Below, piece after piece: positions 50,478-63,894 of a DNA stretch of 64,000 nucleotides (position 1 is the first letter of the stretch; each line of letters begins with the position of its first letter). Under the pieces are notes generated by a model. The model had not been told where the DNA came from. It saw only the letters and a program-made list of their open reading frames with translations, and made no database searches. The position numbers and the translations under genes are program-made. This DNA comes from Podarcis melisellensis (taxonomy: Eukaryota): assembly GCA_964234715.1 (NCBI GenBank), contig OZ174281.1. One strand, 5' to 3'.

Positions 50478-50805
50478 GCATAAGAACATAAGAAGAGTCT
50501 GCTGGATCAGGCCAAAGGTCTAATCCTCTTTTGAAGCTATCCTAGTTTGGTGGCCATCACTGACTCTTGTGGGAGTGAATTTCATAGCTTAATGTTGTGA
50601 AGAAGTACTTTCTTTTGTCCTGTATCTTCCCTGAGTTCTAGTGTTACAAGAAAGAGAGAGAAAAACTTTTCTCTATCCACTTTCTCTATACTATACTAAA
50701 TTTTATACAGCTCTATGTTCTCTAAACTAAATAGGTGCAAAGGTTATAATCTTTCCTCAGATGAGTTGCTCCATCAGCTTGATTATTTTGGTTTCCCTTT
50801 TCTGA
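50478..50805 (-). mobile_element. CR1 3' fragment
   Basis: CATAAGAACATAAGAA octamer tail followed by CR1-like body. Confidence 0.68.
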
Positions 50806-53800
50806 TGCAGTTTGGGATCTCATGTTAGGATTTTCCATGGGGAAAGTGAAGCTAAATTCAAAGGTGTCCTTTTTTTGCTTGCGTAAGAGGTTGCATAACT
50901 ACTTGCACAAGTGGAAGCATGATAATTCCTATAGAATCTACTTAGCATAGCATTGCACGAGCTGTAATACAACTTCTTCTCCAAGCACTTGCAGCTATTT
51001 TCCTTCCACCCACAGTTATTTGGAGCCAACCCATTTAATGCAACTTACCCTAATATTCGATTGGTTGAAAATGCCACTTAACACACTAGGGTTGTGCCCT
51101 ATGGTTTCATAGTACCTCATCACAAACATTTGGAAATTCAGCCTTACCAAGAGTTGTTAACCAAAAACAAACCACTGTTTTCTATTACCTCCATGCTAGT
51201 TTTTGTTGCTGATGTCCCCAACACACCCTTTTCTTTACAGCACAGTGCAGCACCATCAACATCGTCTCCCCACTGCCCCCTCTTTTTCAAAAAATGTTTT
51301 CTATGGTGGCAGCAGCACCACTGCAGGAAACTTCTCTGGTACCTTGGTTCTTAGAGAAGACCAAAAGCCATTAACGAGATCCAGCCTTTCTGCGCAAGAA
51401 TGCCTGTGGTGGTACTGCAGTTTGCCAGAGTGGCTTAGAAGGACTTTTAAAACAGAAAAAGTAAGCTTTAGAATTGTTAAAGTCTACCTAGCTGCTGTGG
51501 TCAACCAAACACCTAACCACCTTGCCCAAATGCCTGGCTCTGTGAAGGAGCCCTTTTTCCATTCTCAAGAAACTCCCAGGCCAGATAGAGATGGTGGCTA
51601 GCCAGCTGCCATGGATGAGAACCAAACTCGACTTCCACACGAAGTGATGCCTCCACACACCACCAGCTGGAGCCATTGAGTTCGTAGGTAGCAGGCTGGG
51701 CTGGTGAGGGGCACATTTTTAGCCAGTGCCTGACTTGGGCAACTGTTGGTGCCAGACCTGTTGTAATTGGGAGGTGGCTGAAATGGTGCCCTCTAGATGC
51801 TGTTGGAGTGCCACTCGCATCAGACTAGAGCATTGGCCATGCTGGTTGGGCAGTTGATGGGAATTGTAGCCCAAAGCTTCTGAAGAGTACCAGGTTGGCT
51901 ACTTTTGTTATTCATAATAAATTTGAACTTTATCCAAATACAGCTTGGAAGACTAATTAGGTTGGCTTCTATTCTCCACCTATAAACTGAGTGGGAGAGG
52001 AACTTGGACTGTCCCTTCCTCCCACCCTCTTAAATATGCTGCTCTGGCAGGGAAGAAAGGATGCTATTGTGGCTGCATGCCAGCTGCAAGGTGTTCTAGG
52101 AATTCTAGTTTTGCCAGTGTTGAGAAAGTTGCACTATACAGTGCTTCTTGCATCTGGTATAGCCATAGCAAAATACTAGATGTCTCTACCTCCCTTTGCT
52201 GTTGCCACAATTCTTTTTGTGCGGTGGGTGGGGAGAGATGGATAGATGAGTGGGGAGGGAAGGGGTTGTTGGGCGATCCAAGTTCTTTCTACATTTGAGG
52301 AGAACAGTTTTTTAGGACAAATTCCAAGCCTGGCATGGGGAATTTGCCCATCTTCGCTTGCAACTACCTAAAATCTTTCTTGTACCTAGAGTTAGAAAAT
52401 ATGCTTATTGCAAAAGAACTAGAAGTTAGGCAATAAATTGACAATGGATGAAAGAGTGGAAGAAATGTACAGGCTAGGGCTTTTAAAAAATAGCTGAACA
52501 CCTAAAGAAGAAAACTGAAAACAGATTCCTTTATACATACCTGTTTTTCTTTATCGACTTTTTGAAGCAAACAAATTATTTGTTCAGCCATGTCCTCTGG
52601 GAAAACCTTACTAATATTCTTCAAACTTAAACATTCTGTTATTGTCTGAAAGAATAGTTGTCTTTACACTTTTATGCAGATGTTTTCCTTAATATAACAT
52701 CTTTAACATGCATGAAAGTCATAGCCTGCTTATTTAGTGTTTTTAGATGCCTTAGCTTTTTGAAAATTGGATCCAAACATGTTTTTCCTTAAGCATGAAT
52801 AACTGTATATATTGCATGGTTATACACATGTAAACCAAGTATGATTTTAAAAATGTTTAAAAAATCTTTATCCTATACTAGAGTTCTCTATTTAAAAGAA
52901 TTGGCAGGTACTGAATTGATGCAAGTTTCAGAATCTTGTTTCTCTTGTTCCTGTATTTATCCACACACATTTAGTTCCAGTGTCTTAGTTAAAAGTAAAA
53001 CTCATAGTTTCTTTCCTGTTATGTCTGCTGCTGGTAATTCAGTAACCCAAACCCTGACTTTCATGATCTGATAGTGGGTACCAAGGAAACGTCAACTCTT
53101 TAGGTAAAAAAGTGCACTTAATAATCTTGTTTGTGAAAGATGTGCAAGTTTGAAACCTCAGTCCTGAACTTCGCTGTTCCACAAGAATGGTTATATAGTT
53201 TCTTCAGGCCTAATATGCATTTTAGAAATGAAACTTAGGAACATAGGAATCTGCCTTTTACTGAGTCAAAGCATTGATCTATTTAGCTCAGCACTGTCTC
53301 CTCTGACTGGCAGCAGTTCATCAGGGTTTCAGGCAGGGGACCTTTCAGGATTTTCCCAGGATGGAGTTAACACAGACAATGACTTCTTTCCAGAACTCTG
53401 CCACTATAGGGCATGACTAGATTACATGTTTCACTGCCACCCCTGGTGTGCCACATTGACAACATATGTCTTTGGGTGCAAGATGCTTCAGGTAGATGTG
53501 GTGAAAAAAGACAAGCTTTGGTGGATTAGGTATAATAGAAAATCCAACAAACAAAATTTAGTAGGGGCCAAAACAGTTTGCTATTGTCTCAAGTGTATAA
53601 GGCAGTCCAGCTGTCTTTGCATCCGTCGCATTGGCCATCCACATCACATTTCCCATTACCCAGTAGGTTTTTTTAAAAGGTAAGAGTGTGTGGGTTTTGA
53701 ATAGTTTACCGAGGGTATGTGGTCCTCCAACAACCCCTGGGTTCAGAGGCACTTAAAGCTACTGGGCCAAAACCAGAAATGAAAAAGTATTAAAATTGCA

Positions 53801-54387
53801 ACTACTGCCATTCTGCTGCAAAGGGCAGGGCAGAAAGTCTTCCTCTCTAGGCTTACCTTTTTTTTTTAGCATGGTGACTCCCACCACCACTTATCTCTTC
53901 CATTGCACCATCATGCCCCCGGTATATACAGGGTTTACACCAGATGGTAAGTTTCCCCTGGGAATAGTGTCTCATGATTACTTCACAGGTCTGTTTACAC
54001 AGCTGTATGATAAGAGCCTTCCCTGCTCGTGGGAGATTCTCATGGGAAGTATGATGGGTAGTCTGTCCTTTGAAGCTCCCTTCTTTGACTTTCCTAGAGG
54101 AGACTGCCATGCATTTATATACCTTTATTTTGCTTTCCCTCTAAACTTTTGCATTAAGCCTTTTGTTGATGTAATAAGGGAGTTGATCTTTGAAGATTTT
54201 CTCTGTAATTCTGCATACCACCTCACACACCTCTTCAACCCTCCGGAGCAGATTTTCAGGTGGTTGGAAGTAGAGGGGGGAATCAGCAAAAATTGCCTGC
54301 TTCCTCTTCTTTGAGTGCAGTAGAATGCTCTTCCCTGAGCAGATTTTTTTTGCTCTATCCCAGTGTCCCTGCGGGAATTTATGGGAT

Positions 54388-54660
54388 TCATAGAATCGTA
54401 GAATTGTAGAGTTGGAAGGGATGACAAAAGTCATCAAGTCCCACCCCCTGCAGTGCAGGAATCTTTTTGCCCAACTTGGGACTCAAACCCACAACCTTAC
54501 AATCAAGATTATCATGCTCCCCACAGGCACCCTGAAGTCAGCTAGTTCAACCCCCTGCCATGCAGAAATCTCAACTAAAGCATCCATGACAGATGGCCAT
54601 TCAAACTGCTTAGAAACCAGCACCTTCCTACGGAGTCCAGCACCTTCCTAGGGAGTCTGT
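54388..54660 (-). mobile_element. CR1-type 3' fragment
   Basis: CATAGAATCGTAGAATTGTAGAGTTGGAAGGG tail. Internal 20-bp tandem duplication near 54617-54657. Confidence 0.6.
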
Positions 54661-54955
54661 TTTCATATTCAACATTAAAGTAAAATCCTGAATTTATTTT
54701 GTAGCAGGTACAGATAAAAAGGTTGGCATTCTAAATAAACAGCCTATAAACAGCCTGAATTGTGAGGAGAAAGTCTGTGCTGGAATAGTCAAACTGGAAG
54801 ATAGTGCTGTGCTGCAAAGTCTTACCAGGTATTGAGGGTAGTTGAATATATCAAGAGAAGCAAGGCACATGCTGAAGAACTTGGTTAATGTACCACATGT
54901 ATATGACGGGTATTTATTGTACTAACTTCTTCTGTTTCATTAAATTGTCTTTCAG

Positions 54956-55109
54956 CCACCCACACAGAATATGCCAATGGGTCCAGGAGGAATGAGTCAG
55001 AGCGGCCCTCCCCCACCTCCACGTTCTCACAATATGGGTTCAGATGGTATGGTAGGTGGGGGCCCTCCTGCACCGCACATGCAGAACCAGATGAACGGCC
55101 AGATGCCTG
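54956..55109 (+). CDS. SS18: SS18 exon 4 (PPTQNMPMGPGGMSQSGPPPPPRSHN...NGQMP)
   Basis: TTTCAG| acceptor, G|GTAAGT donor, 154 nt. ORF 54971..55213. Confidence 0.96.
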
Positions 55110-55834
55110 GTAAGTTTTTTCTCCAAGAAGACATTAACACCAGGGTTGCTCAGCAACTGAAACAACATGTGGGCTCAAGGGATAGAAGATTGTTGATGAC
55201 AAAACTGCTTTGAATACCCCCTGAGTACAAGCTCTCTAAGTTTGTTAGCTACAGAGCTATGTGACCTGTATTCTGTGTTTATCAGGCTGCCCTTGGGCTT
55301 TGATGTATCTGACACACAGCATTCCTCTGAACAGAACTGGCTAAATTTAGTCTGTCTGAAACCATACAGTTACAGCTGTGTTTAGAAGGCTTTCTGAAGA
55401 AAGGTACTGGCCTGTGGTTGAGTAAATTCTCACTGAAAGATTATCTCATGCTATCACATCTAGGTTAGTGTGATATGTAAGAGTTGAAGCTGATGGAAAA
55501 GTCACTTAGACAGAAAATCTAATTTCTACTAATCTCTATAGTACAATGGCGGGGTGAGGGCTGTATATCAACCAAGTTGTGTACAATACCTCAACATGAT
55601 TTTTTCCATTCTAAACTTGAAGTCAAGTTTTTATTACAGAATAAAAGTGTGTGACATGTCAGTGCTTGCAGGATAAAAGCAAAACAGTGTTCCATGTTTT
55701 TATCAATTTTATTAGACTGTATTTTTCTGGGGAAAGATTGGCAATAGCACACAAAATGTCATTGAAGAAGGAATGCCCACCATTGGTTATTTTTTCATCA
55801 AAGAGACCCTACTGTTCGAATACCATAACAACAC

Positions 55835-56115
55835 AAGAAAAGCCATGCTGGATCAGACCAAAGGCCCATCTAGTTAAGCATCTTGTTCTCACAGTGGCCA
55901 ACCAGATTACTGTGTGAAGCTTGCAAGCAGGATGTGCAAACAACAGCATTCCCTCCACTTGCAGCTGGTATACGGAGGCATATTGCCTCGAAGGATGGAG
56001 GAGAATGCAGCCATTGATGGTCCTATAAACCATGAATTTGTCTAATGCTCTTTTAAAGCCATCCAAGTTGGTGGCTATCGCTACATCTTGTGTCATCAAA
56101 TTCCATTGTTTAACC
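55835..56115 (-). mobile_element. CR1 3' fragment
   Basis: VKQWNLMTQDVAIATNLDGFKRALDKFM, a CR1 ORF2 C-terminus. Confidence 0.72.
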
Positions 56116-56432
56116 ATACCATTGTTTTAACCATTTTGGGTATTAATTAAAATGTTTCAAATCTGTATAAACGTGACTTTGGGTCATCGATGGAGTGCTA
56201 CATTCAGCATGTACAAAGCTATAGTCAATGTAGGAAATGTTAACAGTGATGCAAAATGTTATTTCTTTTGGAAGGGCAGTATGACTAAATATGCAGGAAA
56301 TTTCAGTCTTCTAAGTGTGTTGTGTTTAAGTGACAAACCTTATTGAGCAGCCTAGATGATTTCTAAATGAGCATCATAGCTCTGTGATTGTGTGTTTCAA
56401 GACATTAATATAGAAATTATTTTTCTTCAAAG

Positions 56433-56654
56433 GACCTAATCACATGCCTATGCAGGGGCCTGGACCGAACCAGCTCAACATGACAAACAGTTCCATGAAC
56501 ATGCCTTCAAATAGTCATGGGTCCATGGGAGGTTATAATCATTCAGTGCCATCCTCTCAAAGCATGCCTGGACAGAATCAGATGACAATGAGCCAAGGAC
56601 AGCCTATGGCAAACTATGGTCCTAGACCAAATATAACCATGCAACCAAATCAAG
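56433..56654 (+). CDS. SS18: SS18 exon 5 (GPNHMPMQGPGPNQLNMTNSS...QPNQ)
   Basis: TTCAAAG| acceptor, AAG|GTAAAT donor, 222 nt. Confidence 0.96.
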
Positions 56655-57319
56655 GTAAATGAATAAATTTGTACTCTTTATTATTATTTTATTATTTCTA
56701 TTTAATTAATTTGTATACCACCCTTCATCCAAAGATCTCAGGGTGGTTCCCAGCATAAAATTCCTCCTTTTCATCAAATAAGATAAAATGATTTCAAGCT
56801 GTTTATTGGGAACTGAGTTATGCTATTGAAAAGTAGAGTTGGTTTCTGATCATTACTTGTTGAAAATGTCTGAAAAAATGTTTTTTTTTTAATCAGTTAA
56901 GAGTTCAGAAAAGCAAAGTGAGCCAGACTGAGCAGCTGTGAATCCAGGCAGTTTGGATTTTCCACAGTTTGCTACACAGTGAAAACAAGAACACAGGTTT
57001 TTGTGAGCAACTGTTTAAATCATAGCAGGTTTTAGTCTGTAGGTAGGAAGAAGTAGAGTTGGCACACCACTGTGATTATAATAAAGAGAAAAGGTACCTA
57101 AAATTATATGTTGACAGGTTTTCCACGTCTTTCACACAGAGGATCTGAAGCAGGGTTTTAGCAAATTGTTAAAGCAAACACAAGGTTGTGTTGCAGGAAA
57201 TCTTAGATTATAGTCTTCAAGATCCGGTACTATGCTAGGTCAGCTGAAGCCAATGAAACTTTTCTAGCATATTCAACACTTTACAGTATAAGGTTTGGCC
57301 ATCCTTCTTTTTGAGCAGC

Positions 57320-57485
57320 AGATGTCAAAGTGATAAACAACGACCTGACATTCAGAAGACATCTTAAGGCAGCCCTGTTCAGGGAAGTTTTTAACGTGTG
57401 ATATTTTACTGTATTTTTGGTTTCTATGGAAGCCGCCCAGAGTGGCTGGGGAGGCCCAGCCAGATGGGCGGGGTATAAATAATAA

Positions 57486-57542
<57 letters not shown>
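57320..57542 (+). mobile_element. L2 3'-end fragment with (TTA)n tail
   Basis: GCCGCCCAGAGTGGCTGGGG..GATGGGCGGGGTATAAAT followed by a long (TTA)n. Confidence 0.78.
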
Positions 57543-57790
57543 GAGCAGGTTCTGCCTATCCCTATATGTTTTTGTCTATTAACTACTATATTTTGCATAT
57601 TAGCCTTAAACTACTTTTTGTTTATCTTGTAGAAAAAGTTTTGCAAGACATTTTGTGTTTCTGGTGCCCCAAAATTGTTATTTGTCAAAGCTGATAATTA
57701 GAAAAGTTAATGTTTCTTTTTGTTTGTCTTGAATGTAGGTTATAGTTAGAATGAATGCATAAAATGTTGCTATGGCTTTTCTCACTGTAG

Positions 57791-57958
57791 GCCCAATGAT
57801 GCACCAGCAGCCGCCTTCTCAACAGTATAACATGCCCCAGGGAGGTGGGCAACATTATCAGGGACAGCAGCCACCAATGGCAATGATGGGTCAAGTTAAC
57901 CAAGGAAACCATATGATAGGACAGAGGCAGATTCCTCCATACAGACCACCACAGCAAG
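57791..57958 (+). CDS. SS18: SS18 exon 6 (GPMMHQQPPSQQYNMPQGGGQHYQGQQ...YRPPQQ)
   Basis: CTGTAG| acceptor, AAG|GTAAGA donor, 168 nt, QPGY-rich. Confidence 0.96.
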
Positions 57959-58756
57959 GTAAGATTCAAAGTTGCCAATTTTACCACTTGATTAATTAAC
58001 ACATAAGAAAAACTTTCAGCTGATTTTCTTACCTATATCCTGTTCTCTATATTCTTGACATACATTCTGTATTTATCTAAACTTTTCAGAGAAGGCCACA
58101 AAAGTTTATAGTACACAATTTTACGTGTGCACCTGCCTGCTCTGTTTATCATTTCAGGCCTAAAAGAGTTAGCTTTTGCAAAGCTTTTCTGCCTCAGAAC
58201 ATAAAGGCAAATCCCCAAACAAGTGGCTATTTCCAATCCTGTACTATTATGTTTTCCTCAAAATAGTACTTGAAGCCAAAAGGTCACTATTTTGGAATTA
58301 AATGTTGAAACCTATATTTTTCTGTTCTAATTTTCATTTTTGAATCAAAAGTTATATAAAAAGATAAAACTTTGCTAAAATCTATGATCAGTATATGGAA
58401 TACTGTACAATCTGTACTAATGTAGAGTGGAATTGACAAGTTGCACACTAGACAAGATGAGATGGTTTTCAACAACTATCTCCTTTTTCTTTTCTTTTTT
58501 AAAGAGCAACAAGTATGTATATATATACACACATATATAGATATTGTCTTTCTGTTTTTAGAAATTTATATTCGCATCATCTTGGGTATATAATTCAGTC
58601 AAGTTGCTGTATATATATAATACATACCTGTTTAGTCACAAAGCATTAAGTATGCTTTCTGAAACACAGTGACACGGGTGGGGGAAGTCTTAGATGAGGA
58701 CTGTTTCTCATAGTAAACTGAGAAATTAGTGAGCGTGCTAACAGAGAAAATAAGTT

Positions 58757-58904
58757 NNNNNNNNNNNNNNNNNNNNNNNNNNNNNNNNNNNNNNNNNNNN
58801 NNNNNNNNNNNNNNNNNNNNNNNNNNNNNNNNNNNNNNNNNNNNNNNNNNNNNNNNNNNNNNNNNNNNNNNNNNNNNNNNNNNNNNNNNNNNNNNNNNNN
58901 NNNN
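58757..58904. other. Assembly gap (148 N), probably hiding SS18 exon 7
   Basis: Exon 7 sequence (GPPQQYSGQEDYYGDQY..) is not visible between exons 6 and 9. Branch-like CTAAC just before the gap. Confidence 0.6.
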
Positions 58905-61088
58905 AATATTAATTTTCCCATTTTACATACCTGCCCATTACCAGTTATATATAACTATTTGATGAACAACTTTTAGCAGCTGATCACCAGAACACTTCTT
59001 ATATTTACTAAAGCTTGTAAGTTCAGTAATCTGAAACCCTACGGATAATTTTATTTTACAGCTCACTCAAAGTATAAACTTTGTAACTTCAGTTCTAGTA
59101 CCCTGATACAGATTTTATCAGAATTCCCTCTTTTGGCTCAAGATATATTAAATTCTTCACTGTTTGTAGGACACTTGATGCAGTCATGTATTATGTCTGC
59201 TTTTCAATATCATTTTGCTTATAAAAAGAAATTTTAAAGCTCAATACTTACTTAAGAGCTGTTAACAAAACAACCAATATGCTTTCAAAGTCTTTTCTTT
59301 CTGTGTGTTTTAAAGAGCAAGCTGCGGTTGCAATTACTTTGACCCAGTTCGTGGCTGCATTCTATGCTTGCATTGCAGAATTCTAGATAACTCCATTTTT
59401 CCTTTTAACATTTTTCTGATTTTGGAAATTACGTAATTTTGGGAAGTACAAATTCTGGCTCTTAGCATTGTAAAATTTTCTCGTAAATTAGAAATTCTTA
59501 TCATATATTATAGGGAAATGCAAGGATGTTCCTCAGGAAATGAAATTTTTAAATTCATTTTTAATGTATGGTAGTAAAGACAAATTAAAAACATATTGAT
59601 GGATTCATTGCTGCTGTAAGAGCTAACATGACACTTTGTACATTAATTTGTGGCACACAATATAATACCTTTTTCAGAGCAACTATTGGTTGCAAATTAA
59701 TTGTGTGGTGTGTTTTTTTTAACGTGTTCAGATAGAATTTGCTGGTATTTTACCACATTTTTATCATTCATCACCATCATATTCATGGTTTACTTAATCC
59801 ACATGTCAGGAAATCAGATTCCCACACCCCTAATTATGGTTCAAGTTAGAGCCAGTTTTATAACATGTAAAAGTATGGTAAGGCAGAGTCACACAAAAGC
59901 ACTCTTTCAAATTCTATCAATCACTGCTACAACTTCCCCCTTGGAAGTCATACTGTGTCTTATCTGGCTGCTAGATGTTATGCACAAGACCAAACCAAAA
60001 GTGTAAGCCGCCAAGAGAACGTGAACTATAGAGTGGCTTATACGGTAAATGGTATAAAATACATAAAATTATGTTTTCAGCTGTGGCATAGGTAACTTTT
60101 GTGAACATTTTCTAAATTCCATTTGCAGCTAGATAAATTAGAGCCACTATGTTCTGCTCTGTTCTTTTCTGTTTGGCAAATGCAAGAGTTGTCTTGTATA
60201 ACATGATCTGCAAATCATGTCTTTAATTATGAAAAGGCATTTTTAACTGACAAAAAGTAGCAGGATATGGAATATGCAGTTGATTAAAATTTGGGATGCC
60301 TATGATCAGGAATGATTTTATATACAGATAGTAGCCACAAAAGTTGAAAGCATTTTGAAAAATGTAGTACTACTTTTTAACTAAAAGAAGCATATTATTA
60401 CTGACCATGGTCAATATTACTTAATGAAGTAGATTTCTAATTACAAGCAGGAGAAATATGTGAGAACTTAAAGCAAGCATCAGGTAGGATGTTTCTTTTA
60501 CCAACTGGATCCTAATGGCAGGTGTCCATAGCATTTACTCATTGCGCTTATACGATAAAGGAGAATTTGGAAGGAAAGCTCTCCTTTCTTCTTGTGTCCC
60601 GTCCCCCCAAAGGATTGCTGTGGATAATAATTTACATTGGGGCAGGGGAAGATAAGTTTTATTTTTTAGATATGCCATACCAAAAAAAAAGCAATGAAGT
60701 TTTTTGGAAGTTCATTGTAGTGTATGTTGCTTTTAGCAGCATATGCTTTTGAATTGGGAATCAGTAGAACAGGTGTATGATAATTGGTTTCTTTGTTCAT
60801 TCTAATTAAATTCAGGTTATTTACATGTGAAAGGACTAAATGCTTTTATTTTTATAAAAAAAGACAAAAGTACTCCCCACCCCCCCACAACAAAGATGAT
60901 CAGAAGCTGAAGACTATCCCTCACTGTGATGTTGCTAGAACTACTTCCTTAGCTGACTTTTTCATATCACGTGTTAATTCCATATAAAAGGAAATCCTAT
61001 TGGTAAATCCTTCTAAATCAGTTTGAAGGTTCTTTTTAATGTATTTCCAGCTGACACTGATTTTTCAGTAAGATGAAAACTTCTTAGG

Positions 61089-61268
61089 NNNNNNNNNNNN
61101 NNNNNNNNNNNNNNNNNNNNNNNNNNNNNNNNNNNNNNNNNNNNNNNNNNNNNNNNNNNNNNNNNNNNNNNNNNNNNNNNNNNNNNNNNNNNNNNNNNNN
61201 NNNNNNNNNNNNNNNNNNNNNNNNNNNNNNNNNNNNNNNNNNNNNNNNNNNNNNNNNNNNNNNNNNNN
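61089..61268. other. Assembly gap (180 N), probably hiding SS18 cassette exon 8
   Basis: Gap is immediately preceded by CTTCTTAG|G, an acceptor-like site. Exon 8 sequence is not found elsewhere. Confidence 0.55.
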
Positions 61269-61942
61269 ATACATTCCTTTTCCTCTTCCCTTCCACAAAG
61301 GAACGAAATCTTGCACAACATAACCTATTTCCTGCCCATGCAAAGCTCTTGTAGACTACTAGTCGCTGGCTGTTGAGAACTGCAGGGAACTTGAAGCATT
61401 CAAAATAGTTTCTTGCAACATCTAAACCTTAATTTGTCATTTCTAACAGCAGTAAAATGACTAAAACACCGTTAGCATCTATTCAAATCGTACCTTTTTA
61501 TTTAAACATAAATCCATTGGTCCAGTTGTATATTTTGTGTGTATGTGTACATACAAATATAGTGCCATTAGGAAACAGCTTGCTGATTTGTGTAGCTAGT
61601 TTGTGCTCTGTAGCTGTCTTTAATTTTGTCCTTTTTTTATTTATTTAGCATAGTCATGGCATTATCAAGTCATGACATCACGTTCCAGTAAACTTAATGC
61701 TCATTTGGCAGAGATGCTGAAAAATGCTGCAGTTTAGCCTTGCAAAATCTGGCTATAACTGCAGTTTGTTTGGCCTAATTCCTTCTGTTTTGGTTTGTTT
61801 GTTTTCTTGGTTTTGTTCAGTTTTTGAGATCAAGACTGGATTTTCATTTTGTTTTTGTGGTGTTCACTGTGCATATTAAAATAAGTGGGGAAAGAACTAG
61901 AAAAAGTGCCTTTAACTGTCCTTGCTTAACCTCATGTTTCAG

Positions 61943-62059
61943 GAAACGCGCAATATGCTCAGCAGCAAGAAGCCTACCAAGCACCGCCTCAGCAGCAAGG
62001 CTATCAACAGCAACAGTATCCAGGTCAGCAAGGTTACCCTGGGCAGCAGCAAGGTTATG
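61943..62059 (+). CDS. SS18: SS18 exon 9 (GNAQYAQQQEAYQAPPQQQGYQQQQYPGQQGYPGQQQGY), QPGY domain; later exons off the right edge
   Basis: TTTCAG| acceptor, G|GTGAGT donor, 117 nt. Confidence 0.94.
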
Positions 62060-63158
62060 GTGAGTAAATACATAGTCAGGGGTATATAACCTATGGCACT
62101 ATATAGTTGAACTTCAACTCCCATGAGCCTTGGCCATCATAGCCAGTGGTCAGAGAGGATAGGAGGTGAAATCCAGCCATTTTTGGAAGGCTACAGTTTC
62201 CCCATTACTGGGCTTTCTGCTTTTAGTTTACTCCTTTATCCTTTTGTAGCTGTCTATGGAACCAAAATGTCAATTTACCAGCAGCAATAGAGCATTTATG
62301 CACCAACAGTCACAGAAGGTTCAAATCCACAGGCAGTTTATAAAGCAGGATTATGCACACACTCCCCATGTGGCTATGGGGAGAGGATGGGGAGTTTTCA
62401 CTTCTGTTATTAAACTAACCAGTAAACCATATGCCTTGAAAAAAATGTTTTCAGATAACACTTCTCTGTTAAAAGTAACATTTGAAAGCAGCAGTTTCAA
62501 AATCATTTTTTACATCCTTTGGCTCAGTTCCCTTCCTACACAGTAATTGGGAAGGATGTAGGTAGAATATGCCTAATACACACATTTGAATTGCCATTAT
62601 TTGAAAGTTAGTCTTGTTTATTTCTGTATAACTTCCAAGTGAAATAAACTCAAGATCACAGCCTTCACGGTGTTAATTTAAAACAATATTTTTGGTCTCC
62701 TATAAGTTCTGAAATTGAAACAGACTGTGATAGAGTGCATTTGTGTGTTTTATCTTTTGCTTTTATTCAAATTGAGCAACTCTCAGAATCAGTGTTGCTG
62801 ATGTGCTATTTTTTCTAATTTCAGCATCTCTTAATAATTTCTACAGCTTTAACCTGTTTCGTACATAAATAGAAAGATCAATGCCTAACCTTGCTCTGAA
62901 CCATTTTGCAATATGAAGTAAACATAATATAGATATTTTCATCCTCATTGAATAACTGCCTAAGATGCAGACTGCAATCTGTGCATGCAGACTGAAGGTC
63001 ACTGAAGTGAAGCTTCTGTGAACAAATTTCTGCCTGGTTAAGGAATTCATTGGGTTGTATCCAATGCAATATTCGTACAAGGATGCTTATATAAAGGGAA
63101 TTCTGAAAAAAAAATCTTCCCACTGCAGCCCCTTTCACCCTTGAAAAACTTTTCAAGA

Positions 63159-63411
63159 CCCAGTGTGGTGTAGTGGTTAAGAGCGGTAGTCTCGTAATCT
63201 GGGGAACCGGGTTCGCGTCTCCGCTCCTCCACATGCAGCTGCTGGGTGACCTTGGGCTAGTCACACTTCTTTGAAGTCTCTCAGCCCCATTCACCTCACA
63301 AAGTGTTTGTTGTGGGGGAGGAAGGGAAAAGAGAATGCTAGCCGCTTTGAGACTCCTTAAAGGGAGTGAAAGGTGGGATATCAAATCCAAACTCCTCTTC
63401 TTCTTCTTCTT
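63159..63411 (+). mobile_element. Squam3-type SINE
   Basis: Same family, (TTC)n tail, short CAAGAC flanking repeat. Confidence 0.83.
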
Positions 63412-63894
63412 CCCAAGACAAAGGCATCAGATGCCATTGGGGGCAGTGGCATAGAATTGGGCAGAGGTAACTTGCACTCTCCCAAGAGTGGCTGGTTTGG
63501 TGTGGTGGAGCTGCCCTCCTAACACAGCTGTCACTTCCTTCTTACCTGAACAATGCTAGGGCATGGTGGGATCATTGGACTGACACTGCCAGTGTGCCTG
63601 CACAGCCCTGCCCCTGCAGCATCTAGGTAAGTGGCAGCAATACCCACCCTGCTGTTGTCTCCTGCTCTTTCCGATATCCAGCCTCCCACTGCAGCCCTCT
63701 TGCTCCATTTACCAGGCCTCAGGAAATGCTTTTCAGGGGGCTGCAGTAGAAAGGAGAGAGTGGGGAATTTAATGTGTGTAAGCATCCTTTTGTTCTTACA
63801 GCATTGAATGGACCCGACTGGTAACAGTCAGTGTTACCTATTAAACAAACATGAAGCTGCCTCAATTATACCGGATCTAAAAGTAAGGGTGTTG

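Noticed and set aside
53760-54340. Overlapping 85-172 aa ORFs in SS18 intron 3
   Set aside because: No recognisable motif. Possibly a decayed LINE fragment, but I cannot assign it from sequence alone.
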